DNA of 64,000 nucleotides from Longimicrobiales bacterium (GTDB lineage: Bacteria > Gemmatimonadota > Gemmatimonadetes > Longimicrobiales > Gaopeijiaceae): positions 448,001 to 512,000 of the forward strand of contig CBDCNQ010000004.1 in assembly GCA_965219445.1 (NCBI GenBank). Direction: 5' to 3'. Positions 39,515-48,356 of this stretch are shown here, in pieces. Under the pieces are notes generated by a model that was not told the origin of the DNA, made no database searches, and was given only the letters and a program-made list of their open reading frames with translations. Position numbers and translations under genes: made by a program. Numbering within the stretch: position 1 is the stretch's first letter; every line of letters starts with the position of its first letter.

Positions 39515-41269
39515 CTACCGACGGTTGGCGCGTGCGATGATCGCGTCTTGGATCTCGATATACGTGCCGGTCGCGTCTATGAACTGCTGGAGATTGATGG
39601 AGGCGGTCCGGTCTGCATAACCCTTGCCCCGTTGGAAGAGTGCGAGGGCCTGGTTGAACATCGGCAGCGTCCGATTGGCGGCTTCGACCGTCTCAGGCGC
39701 TTGCAGCACGATTCCATGCGAATAGAGACTGAACCCATGCCAGAAATCGTATGTCTCCCGCGCTTGCGCACTGACATCGAAACCCTTCGCCAATTGAATC
39801 AACTCGATGAAGCGCGGGTAATTCTTCGTGGTCGGCTGAACATGCGCCGCGTAAGCCTGTTGAAAGATCATGTTCCCGGCTTGGTCTGGCGAAGACCCGC
39901 TCGCAACCGCCTTCTGCAGTACCGGCACCGCCTCCTCGACCATCGCTGCCTCGATCAACCAGCTACCCATACGAAGGTGCAGGTTGGGCCAGCTAGGATC
40001 GATCTCCTCGATGGACGCGAGGGCCGCAACCGCTTCGGTGATCTGACCGGACTCCATCAGCGCCTCAGCATGAATGGCCCGCAGACTGGGCTCCGCCGGG
40101 TGCGACTCGATGGCACGCTGAGCGAACGTGATCGCTTCGTCCACGTTGTCCAGTTGGAGCTGTGCCGCGGATACATTACGGAGTTGGGAAACCAACGTCT
40201 CTGCGCCCTTCTCGACAAAAACCCTCTCGTACGCCGCAATCGCCTTACCGTAGAGCTCGCGGACCTCAGGCGTCATGCCGTCGCCGCCGTTGTCCTCCGC
40301 CTCTCTCCTTACCTGCTCGGCTCCGGCGAACGCGAAGTTCCCCAACTGCTCATAGAAATCGATGTTCTCCGGATCGACGGCAACTCCGGCCTCGATGATC
40401 TGCATCCCTCCCAGCGGATCGCCTTCTTGGGCCAGATCGTAGGCGACGGTCATCCGCACGGAGGCGTTCGAAGGGTCGAGGTCGAGGTACCGGTTATAGA
40501 AACCGCGGGCCAGATCCTCGTTGCCGAGGTTGATGGCCAAGAAACCACCAAGCAACAGCGCGTTCTCGTGGAACGCATCACGTTCGAGGAGCCGCTGGGT
40601 CTCCGCCAGGGACTCTTCAAAACGGTCCATCTGCCGGAGTACGCTAGCTCGAGTATACCGGCTCGTATTCGCGTTCGGGTTCAGCTCGATCGCACGGTCG
40701 CAGTTCTCGAGCGAGTTTTCCCATTGCTGGCTCGCAGCATAATCACCGCAAAAGATCGCTACTCTCGTCTGCTCGACGAAGAGCTCGAAGCTCTCGACGA
40801 TCTGCGCGGCCGCTTGCTCCTCCATATCCCGGGCGGACATGATCGGATTGACCTCAAACGTTTCTCCCGTCCCAGTATCGACAAAACGGATGCCTTGGAT
40901 CTCCCACGCCTCCTCGGTCCCTGTGTACTGAGCGCAGAGTACGACCTGATAGTTGTTCTGCTGGGCAAGCTGACGAGAGAGGATGCAATTCAGGTCCTCC
41001 CAGTCCAAGTCGAACTGATCGAGCGCGTCTTCGATATCGTCCTCGTCCACGGCACTATGGGTAAGCATCTCGTCGATTTGGTCCCGTAGCGCCTCCGCCA
41101 GATCCTCGCCGAAGTCGTCATTCTCGTCGTTCATGGGTTGGAATCGCGGTATGAGCACTTGGAAGCGGCTGCTTACAGTCTCTTGGGCTTGGAGCTCCAT
41201 GCTGCCCGAAACAGCCAGCGCGAACAGCATGGCTCCGCAAACACCTACGGGGCGGTGTCCAATCATCAT
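39515..41269 (-). CDS. Secreted/periplasmic tetratricopeptide-repeat protein
   Basis: Signal peptide (...ELQAQ); repeated TPR-like helices (CDRAIELNP, YLDLDP, GVAVDP, AIESHP, EEIDP). Confidence 0.8.
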   Translation of the reverse strand: MMIGHRPVGVCGAMLFALAVSGSMELQAQETVSSRFQVLIPRFQPMNDENDDFGEDLAEALRDQIDEMLTHSAVDEDDIEDALDQFDLDWEDLNCILSRQLAQQNNYQVVLCAQYTGTEEAWEIQGIRFVDTGTGETFEVNPIMSARDMEEQAAAQIVESFELFVEQTRVAIFCGDYAASQQWENSLENCDRAIELNPNANTSRYTRASVLRQMDRFEESLAETQRLLERDAFHENALLLGGFLAINLGNEDLARGFYNRYLDLDPSNASVRMTVAYDLAQEGDPLGGMQIIEAGVAVDPENIDFYEQLGNFAFAGAEQVRREAEDNGGDGMTPEVRELYGKAIAAYERVFVEKGAETLVSQLRNVSAAQLQLDNVDEAITFAQRAIESHPAEPSLRAIHAEALMESGQITEAVAALASIEEIDPSWPNLHLRMGSWLIEAAMVEEAVPVLQKAVASGSSPDQAGNMIFQQAYAAHVQPTTKNYPRFIELIQLAKGFDVSAQARETYDFWHGFSLYSHGIVLQAPETVEAANRTLPMFNQALALFQRGKGYADRTASINLQQFIDATGTYIEIQDAIIARANRR

Positions 41270-41848
41270 CCCTACTCCTGGATGGGTTCCTGAAATGTCT
41301 TATCCCAAAGGCCTTCTTTCGGGTACCGTTAATCCGGCGGACCAGCGTGTCGCGCCCGATTCGTCAGCCGAGCAAAATCACTCATGGAAAGCCGCGGGTC
41401 AACCGCAGCGTTCAAAACGACTTACAGAATTGGCAAAGGTCATACCCTACTACGAGTTTTTTTGTTACACAAGTGGAATGACGCGACGGCGTCCAGAGGG
41501 TGGCGCCCGCAGGCCCTGTGCTACCGGACCGGGGTGACTGATCGGCGACTGCAGTGCCGGAGCCGGCCCCACATGGTCGTGTGGGTCAAGCACCGGCCCC
41601 AGCAATGGGGATTATGGACTGCCCGCGAGACGGGCGAGGGATGTCCCCGAAAAAGTTTTGATCGCGGTACTGCGAGGTTTGACGACCGGACTCGCTCGAA
41701 GGTTGCAATGCGAGCACGCCTTGCGCGTGCGTGCCCGACCCCATCCATTCGGCACTCGCCGCCAAGAAGCCGCCGGCCGGAGTCCTGGAATGTCACTCGC
41801 CACGCTCGCCGTCGCACAGGCGCTCCTTACTTAGGACGAGTAAGCCAT

Positions 41849-42592
41849 TTGGGCGACATCGAGATCATCGGACACCGCGGATACACGGCACGCGCTCCCG
41901 AAAACACCATCGCGTCCATCGAGGCTGCGCTGGCAGCCGGCGCGCGTGCAGTGGAGTTCGATGTCCAAGTGGCCTCCTGTGGCACGCCCGTGGTCATTCA
42001 TGACGACACGTTGGATCGCACAACCGACGGCGAGGGGCCGGTCTCGTGGCAAACGGTCGAGCAGTTGCGGAGGCTGGACGGGGGCGCCTGGTTCGATCCA
42101 GAATTCACCGGTGAAAGGATCCCCACCCTGACAGAAGCCCTCGATCATGCGGCCGACAGAGCGCACCACGTCTATCCCGAGGTGAAGGGGATCCGCGAAC
42201 CGTCTGATGTCGACCGTATGGTCCGGATGGTTCAGGACCGGGCGATGTCCGATCGCGCGACGTTCATCAGCATCGACTGGAGCATCCTCGCACGCGTTCG
42301 CGCGCGAGATGCGGCCATCCGTCTCGGGTTCATCGTGGTGTCCGCCGACCTGTTCGACGAAGCACTGTCACTCGCCACGGCTGATCCGGCCGCTATCCTC
42401 GACCTGAATCATGAAATCGTCCTGGATGAACCGTCAGTCGTACGGCGCGCGAAGGACGAGGGCGTCGATGTCGTGACCTGGACCGTCAACGAGCCCGACG
42501 AAGCGACCCAGCTGCGGCGCGCCGGGGTCACTGGCTTCACGACCGACCACGTGCACCGGCTTCTCGCGTGGGCCGGCCAGGAGTTGGAATAG
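41849..42592 (+). CDS. Glycerophosphodiester phosphodiesterase (GlpQ/UgpQ family)
   Basis: IIGHRG...PENT, VEFDVQ, HDDTLDRTT, ERIPTL, WTVN. TTG 41849 chosen; the ORF-track extension to 41384 does not look protein-like. Confidence 0.92.
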   Translation: MGDIEIIGHRGYTARAPENTIASIEAALAAGARAVEFDVQVASCGTPVVIHDDTLDRTTDGEGPVSWQTVEQLRRLDGGAWFDPEFTGERIPTLTEALDHAADRAHHVYPEVKGIREPSDVDRMVRMVQDRAMSDRATFISIDWSILARVRARDAAIRLGFIVVSADLFDEALSLATADPAAILDLNHEIVLDEPSVVRRAKDEGVDVVTWTVNEPDEATQLRRAGVTGFTTDHVHRLLAWAGQELE

Positions 42593-44241
42593 ATGACCCC
42601 TCCCCAGGAATTCAACCGGGCCGGGAGGCGCGATGCGCTCACCCGCCTCGGCCGGGACCACCTGGATTTGCTTATCGTCGGGGGAGGCATCACCGGCTGC
42701 GGCATCGCTCGGGACGCGGCCCTCCGCGGATGGGCGGTGGGGCTGGTGGAAAAAGAGGATTTCGCCTTCGGCACCTCGAGTCGTTCGTCGAAAATCGTGC
42801 ATGGCGGCGTCCGTTATCTAGAGTACGGACACTTTCTGCTGGTGAGGGAAGCGGCACAGGAGCGGGCGGTGTTGCAGACCATCGCCCCTCACCTGGTCCA
42901 TCCGCTCCCATTCGTCTTCCCGGTGTTTGGCGGCGAAAGTCTCCTGAAGATTCGGGCGGGCCTTACGGTCTTCGACTTCCTGGCCGCTTCGGAGGGCCTC
43001 GAGAGGCACGAAAACCTCTCTCCGGAGGAGGTGAGGGAGCAGCTTCCGGGACTTCGAGATCCACTCAAAGGAGCGGTGCGATACCCGGAATACATCACCG
43101 ACGACGCCCGACTCACGCTGGAGAACGCGCAGGCCGCCGCCGAGCACGGCGCGCTCGTCGTCAACCATGCGCGTGCCGAAGACTTGCGGATGAACGATGG
43201 GAGGGTCGCCGGATGCAGTGTGGTGGACCTCATCGAGAACCGGACGGTGGAAGTGTCGACCAGACTGATCGTCAACGCGACGGGTGCGTGGTCGGCCGGG
43301 CTCCTGGCTGAGGCCGGCTTCGACGCCGAGTTCTCGCTGCTCCCGAGCAAGGGGATCCACATCCTGCTCGCTGCGGATCGACTACCCATCAAGGGGGCAA
43401 CCTTTCTGCGTGCAACCAACGGAAAGAGGGGTCTCGCGATGCGGCGCCTCGATTTCGTTTACGTCGGCACTACCGACGATGAATACGACGGATCACTCGA
43501 CCGTCCTCGCGCGACACGCTCCGACGTGGACGAGGTGCTGAACATGGTCAGCGACTGCTTTCCCGAGCAGAGGCTCGGTTACGACGATATTCTCGCTACA
43601 TGGGCCGGTGTGCGTCCTCTGATTCGCGAAGAAGGCAAGAGTGCGCGTGATACGTCCCGCGAGGACGCCGTGTGGCACTCGCCCCCGGGGCTATCACCGT
43701 GGCTGGCGGAAAGCTCACGACGTACCGGCCGATGGCCCACCGGGTTCTCGAGATCGCCGACCCGGACCTCGGACCCGCACCCGGAGCCCCGGAGCGCACC
43801 GCGACCGTACCGCTTCCGGGCGCCGTTGTGGGTCCCGCCGGACTGGAGGCCTTCTATGCCGAGCGATCACGGGATCTCATCGAGGCGGGGGTCGCGCCGT
43901 CAGTCGTCGAACGCCTCTGTTGGCTGTACGGAAAGCAACTCGACGATCTGTTCGAGCTTGCCGCCGACGATCCGTCTTGGCTGGAGCCACTCCATCCTGG
44001 CGTGCCGGCGCTCAGGGGTGAGGTCCAATTGGCTGTGGACCGAGAGATGGCGCTCACACTCGTGGATTTCATGGACCGGCGAGCGGCGCTGCTGTTCTTC
44101 AGTCCGAACTTCGGGCTCGCGGGGGCCGAGGCCGCTGCAGACATCATGTCGGAAGCGTTGGGATGGGACGCGAATCGGAGGGCGCAAGAACTGGCGGAGT
44201 ACCGGGAGCTCGCCGCAGAGCACACTCTGCCCTCGACCTGA
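42593..44241 (+). pseudogene. glpD: FAD-dependent glycerol-3-phosphate dehydrogenase/oxidase, with a 1-nt frameshift near 43692
   Basis: IVGGGITG, GTSSRSSKIVHGGVRYL, DDARL, KGIH, GTTD and WAGVRPL in frame 1; the conserved ITVAGGKLTTYR.MA continues in another frame after GGG CT ATC. Confidence 0.85.
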
Positions 44242-44283
44242 CGCTACACGCATCTCGCCGTAGCCCGCCCTGCCCCATCTTCA

Positions 44284-44339
44284 TTGAAGTCCCGGGGACA
44301 ATCCGCTACCATCGAACACGAGTTGAAAACGATTCTCAA
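44284..44339 (+). promoter_or_regulatory. Putative sigma70 promoter (TTGAAG-N17-TACCAT) followed by a Fur-box-like palindrome
   Basis: -35 at 44284-44289, -10 at 44307-44312. TTGAAAAC-G-ATTCTCAA (44323-44339) resembles the 7-1-7 Fur consensus TGATAAT-N-ATTATCA. Confidence 0.65.
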
Positions 44340-44353
44340 TCGCGTTCGCTGAT

Positions 44354-45454
44354 ATGTCGGTAATCGACCTGGAAAATGTGGGTAAGCGCTATTGGCCCGG
44401 GCCTATTCAGGCCCTGTCCGACGTAACGCTCGACGTCCGTGAGGGTGAGATTCTCACGTTGTTGGGTCCCAGCGGATGTGGGAAGACCACGACCCTGAGA
44501 CTCATCGCCGGGTTCGAGGCTCCGGATGAGGGGACGATTCGCGTCCACAACGAGGCGGTTTCGGGCAACGGCGACTGGATTCCACCGGAAGACCGTGGGG
44601 TCGGCATGGTCTTTCAGGACTATGCCCTTTTCCCTCACCTATCGGTGGGAGAAAACGTCATGTTCGGGCTCCATGGGCGGCCAAAAATGACACGCCCCGG
44701 GCGCGCCAACGAGGTACTCGAGCTTCTCGACCTCTCTCACCACTTCGACCGATACCCTCATGAACTCTCCGGCGGGCAGCAGCAACGGGTGGCGCTCGCG
44801 CGAGCGATCGCCCCGGAGCCGGTCGTCGTGCTGATGGATGAGCCGTTCAGCAATCTGGACGCCCACCTCCGCGACAACGTGCGTGACGAGGTGGTCAGAA
44901 GCCTGAGGGCAGCCGGGGTCACCTGTATTCTGGTCAGTCATGACCAGCGGGACGCCCTGGCCGTCTCCGACCGCGTGGCGGTCATGAATCAGGGCAAAAT
45001 CGAACAGGTGGGAACGCCTTTGGAGATCTACAAGCATCCCGAATCGATCTTCGTGGCCACGTTCGTGGGCCGTACCAACCTGCTCCAAGGGCTCATCCAA
45101 GGCGTCGACGGGTGTGTGCTCACCGATTTCGGCACATTCTGCCGAGTGGATCGATCCGGGCTCCCGGACGGCGCACCCGTGATGGTCTCGGTACGGCCCG
45201 AGGGGTTCGCCCCCTCCGATCACGGCTTACTCCGGGGCTCGGTTACGTCCACGACCTATACGGGGAGTGCCGTCGAAGTAGAGGTTCGGCTGCCGACCGA
45301 GGCCGGAGGACACCGGACCATCACCGTGCACCTCCCGACGACCGAGAGCTATGGCCCCGGGGATGAGATTCAGCTTGGCATAGTCCCGGATTATGCCTCG
45401 GTCGTCCGAAATTCCTGCCAGTTGCTGGGATTCAGTCCGCAGTCGTCAGAGTAA
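44354..45454 (+). CDS. ABC transporter ATP-binding subunit, FbpC/PotA-like (probably Fe3+)
   Basis: GPSGCGKTT, GMVFQDYALFPHL, LSGGQQQRVALARA, DEPFSNLD; C-terminal TOBE-like domain. Confidence 0.88.
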   Translation: MSVIDLENVGKRYWPGPIQALSDVTLDVREGEILTLLGPSGCGKTTTLRLIAGFEAPDEGTIRVHNEAVSGNGDWIPPEDRGVGMVFQDYALFPHLSVGENVMFGLHGRPKMTRPGRANEVLELLDLSHHFDRYPHELSGGQQQRVALARAIAPEPVVVLMDEPFSNLDAHLRDNVRDEVVRSLRAAGVTCILVSHDQRDALAVSDRVAVMNQGKIEQVGTPLEIYKHPESIFVATFVGRTNLLQGLIQGVDGCVLTDFGTFCRVDRSGLPDGAPVMVSVRPEGFAPSDHGLLRGSVTSTTYTGSAVEVEVRLPTEAGGHRTITVHLPTTESYGPGDEIQLGIVPDYASVVRNSCQLLGFSPQSSE

Positions 45455-47186
45455 ACGAAAAGGAGCTCCCCCGGCCGACCTCGGTCTCTACGTCGATCTC
45501 GGTGCCGTGGGCGTCAAGAATTCCCTTGACGATTGCGAGGCCCAGCCCAGCGCCCCGCAAGTTGGTCCCCTGTCCTCTCCAGAACCGATCGAACAGGTGC
45601 TCCTTCATTTCGGGCTCAATTCCCGGGCCCGTGTCCGAAACCGTCACCGATACGCCACGGGGAGCCTGCCCGGCGGCGACCGTAACCCGTCCGCCGGACG
45701 GCGTGAACTTCAGAGCATTGCCGATGAGGTTGGACATCACCTGAAGAACCCGATCACGGTCCGCTTCAACCGCCGGTAGTTCCTCCGGAACGCACACAAC
45801 GAGCTCGACCCCCTCCACATCGGCCCCGAGCCTCATCTGTGAACCGACCTCCTCGACCAGCTGGACGAGGTCCACGGGCTTGGTTCTGACCGAAAGCCGC
45901 CCGGCCTCGATCGTGGCTACATCCAAGAGATCCTGGATCAACCTGCCGATGCGATGGGCCGCCCTGCCGATAATCTCGAGATGCTCCTCGTACTTTTCTG
46001 GGGGCATCGGAACATCCCCCAATAGCTCGACCGCGGCCGAGATCGTACCGATGGGATTCCGAAGATCGTGGGATACGACCGCCAGCACCTCGTCCCGTGC
46101 TCTCACCGCCTCGTGAAGCGCCGCCTCGGCCGCGCGAATTTCGGTCATGTCGGTAAAGGTCAGGACGACGCCACGCACCTCCCGCACATCCATCATCGGA
46201 CTGACGATCAGCTGAACGGGGAAGGACGTCCCATCCTTGCGCCACAACACGTCATCCGTCACGCGCACGGTCTCACCGGAGGCCAACGCACCGTGAACCG
46301 GACATTCGCTTTCGGTATGCTCGAGGCCGTTGGCCCTGGTATGGTGGATCCGACGGTGTACGGGCTGCCCCCGGAGTTCGCCCCCGGAGTAACCGAGCAG
46401 TTTCGAGCCGGCTTCATTGAGAAAGGTGCAATTCCCGTCCTGATCAACACCGATCAGGCCGTCGGCCGTGCCCCCCAGAATCGAGCGCAGATCCCGACGC
46501 ACCGCCACGGTCTCGAGCCGCCGTTGCGTCTCACCCCGAGCGAGATTCTGGAGACTCACCCCGACGTACCCCATTCCGAGTGCTCCCAGGACGGCCAAGA
46601 CGATCGCACCCGACGTGACGCCCAGCTGCCACCTTCGTCGGGTCTGCAGCCGGCTGGCCGCCAAGCTCTCCTCGCGGATCAGCCGATCCTCGAAGGCCCG
46701 CACGGCGGACTGAACGGAATCGAAACGGGCACGGTCGTCTTCCATGCTCTCGCGAAACGCTACAGGATCCGTCGATAGGGGACCGGCCTCCATGAGTGGT
46801 GAGTGGAGCACCCGCCAGTCGCTGGCCCGAGACTCTACCTGGCTCAGCTCCACCCGGTAGGTCGGTGGCATGCCGCTGATCACCCGCCTCAGGTCGTCGA
46901 GAAGTTCAGCCTCCCGACTGAGATCCTCCTGATACAGGGCGATGAAACTCGAGTCGCCCGAATTCACGTACTGCTCGATTCGCATCATCTCCCGAGAGTG
47001 GACGAGCTGAATCTCGGGAAACATGGGGCGAGCCTGAGAGAACACGGTGAGTTCCCGCTCGAGCGCAGCCTCCTGCCGCGCGAGAAACGCCGGCACGAGA
47101 GCCAATGCGAGAAGCGCGAGGAAGGAAATGCCCAGGGCAGCGATCCACCGGGACCGCCCGACACGGGGGACAGCGCTGGAGTCCAT
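45432..47186 (-). CDS. Membrane sensor histidine kinase with a PAS domain
   Basis: Two TM helices, PAS (N.AG.KLLGY...WRKDG..FPV), H-box SHDLRNP, N-box NLIGNALKF, DTGPGI, GAGLGLAI. Confidence 0.92.
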   Translation of the reverse strand: MDSSAVPRVGRSRWIAALGISFLALLALALVPAFLARQEAALERELTVFSQARPMFPEIQLVHSREMMRIEQYVNSGDSSFIALYQEDLSREAELLDDLRRVISGMPPTYRVELSQVESRASDWRVLHSPLMEAGPLSTDPVAFRESMEDDRARFDSVQSAVRAFEDRLIREESLAASRLQTRRRWQLGVTSGAIVLAVLGALGMGYVGVSLQNLARGETQRRLETVAVRRDLRSILGGTADGLIGVDQDGNCTFLNEAGSKLLGYSGGELRGQPVHRRIHHTRANGLEHTESECPVHGALASGETVRVTDDVLWRKDGTSFPVQLIVSPMMDVREVRGVVLTFTDMTEIRAAEAALHEAVRARDEVLAVVSHDLRNPIGTISAAVELLGDVPMPPEKYEEHLEIIGRAAHRIGRLIQDLLDVATIEAGRLSVRTKPVDLVQLVEEVGSQMRLGADVEGVELVVCVPEELPAVEADRDRVLQVMSNLIGNALKFTPSGGRVTVAAGQAPRGVSVTVSDTGPGIEPEMKEHLFDRFWRGQGTNLRGAGLGLAIVKGILDAHGTEIDVETEVGRGSSFSFTLTTAD

Positions 47187-47222
47187 GCTCCAAGCTAAGA
47201 AGGAAGCTCCAACTTCACGAGC

Positions 47223-47516
47223 TTAGTCTCCTAGCAGAGGCCTCTTCGCGTCCTTGGCACCGAGCGCAGCGCCGGTCCCGACACCGGTGCCGAAGGCGAT
47301 GGCCGTCCCCACGGTCACCAGTGGAAGCCAAGCCAGCGGAGACGCTACGACGGTCGCCGTGACCCCGGCCGCCACTCCGAGGTACGGCTTCTCCACGATG
47401 CTTGTAAACCGCAGTCGGCGTCCGACGAAACTCCGGGTTTTCGTATGCCCAACAATTCCCGCCGCCGCGGCGATACCCAGTCCAAGCAGCCCGAGCATAA
47501 TTCGCATCCTCACATG
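47223..47516 (-). CDS. Small hypothetical membrane protein
   Basis: Gly/Ala-rich hydrophobic ORF of about 97 aa; start uncertain. Confidence 0.55.
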   Translation of the reverse strand, partial: HVRMRIMLGLLGLGIAAAAGIVGHTKTRSFVGRRLRFTSIVEKPYLGVAAGVTATVVASPLAWLPLVTVGTAIAFGTGVGTGAALGAKDAKRPLLGD

Positions 47517-47712
47517 AGAGTTCTTTTGGGCGCCCCGCCCCGGGGCAGAGCCCGCGCACCCCACGTTATTCTAAACCCTACGACGAGTTCTTTGGGTCCG
47601 TTTCGCGAGCAGGCTTTTTTCGTTGCGCCATACGTTTACCACAAATAGCGTTGAAGGAGAGCTCTCTTGAGCTCCTCAGCACATTTGTGATGACTCTATC
47701 AGGAAGCAAACG

Positions 47713-48351
47713 ATGAAGATTCTTCGTCTTGTGGTCATGATCATGGCCCTCACGGCACTCCCGCTTCAGGGGCAGCTGGAATTCTCCGGCGGGATGAACC
47801 TCTCCGAGTTGAACGGAGCACTGGGCGGCGCGGGTCTCCAAGACGCCGCAAACCGGGCCGGAATGGTCTTCGGCTTCGATGTCGTCCTTCCAGCCGGGGG
47901 TATAGGCCTCGGCCTCGGGGCCGATTGGTCGCAGAAAGGCGTCGAGGACATCATCACGGACCCGGGGACTCAACAGGAGGTCCTGCGACTCATCGACCTC
48001 GAATATATCCAAATACCCCTCCACGTTCGCGTGCCGGTGGTGTCCGCAGGACCCACGACGCTGAACCTCGTGCTCGGACCGACGTTCGGCTTCAGGACCG
48101 GCTGTAACGTCACTGAGGGCGCCGCCGCTATCGAGAAATGTGGCCAGATAGCCAATGGACCCAACTTCAAGAAAACGGACATCGGCGGCACGGCGGGAGT
48201 CGGCCTGAGCTTCGCCTTGGGCGGGATCGTCTACGCCGGGTTCGACGTGCGTTACACGACCGGGATGACTTCCATCAACAAGATCTCGACGGACGCGCTG
48301 AAGAACCGGACTCTCTCCCTCGAGACCCATCTGGGATTCGGGATTTTCTAG
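47713..48351 (+). CDS. Outer-membrane beta-barrel protein (PorT/OmpA-like 8-stranded)
   Basis: Signal peptide, GGMNLS, SQKG, L.YIQIPL, GPTFG, DVRY..G, C-terminal Phe. Confidence 0.8.
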   Translation: MKILRLVVMIMALTALPLQGQLEFSGGMNLSELNGALGGAGLQDAANRAGMVFGFDVVLPAGGIGLGLGADWSQKGVEDIITDPGTQQEVLRLIDLEYIQIPLHVRVPVVSAGPTTLNLVLGPTFGFRTGCNVTEGAAAIEKCGQIANGPNFKKTDIGGTAGVGLSFALGGIVYAGFDVRYTTGMTSINKISTDALKNRTLSLETHLGFGIF

Positions 48352-48356
48352 AGTCG

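Noticed and set aside
39548..41089. 513-aa + strand ORF and similar long antisense ORFs (6979-8088, 19492-20577, 61952-63067)
   Set aside because: They overlap well-supported genes on the opposite strand and have shadow-like composition.
41384..41848. 155-aa N-terminal extension of the glycerophosphodiesterase
   Set aside because: Arg-rich low-information sequence in a promoter region; family similarity begins at IEIIGHRG.
43681..43700. Programmed ribosomal frameshift in glpD
   Set aside because: No canonical slippery heptamer and no precedent known to me for glpD; an indel is simpler.
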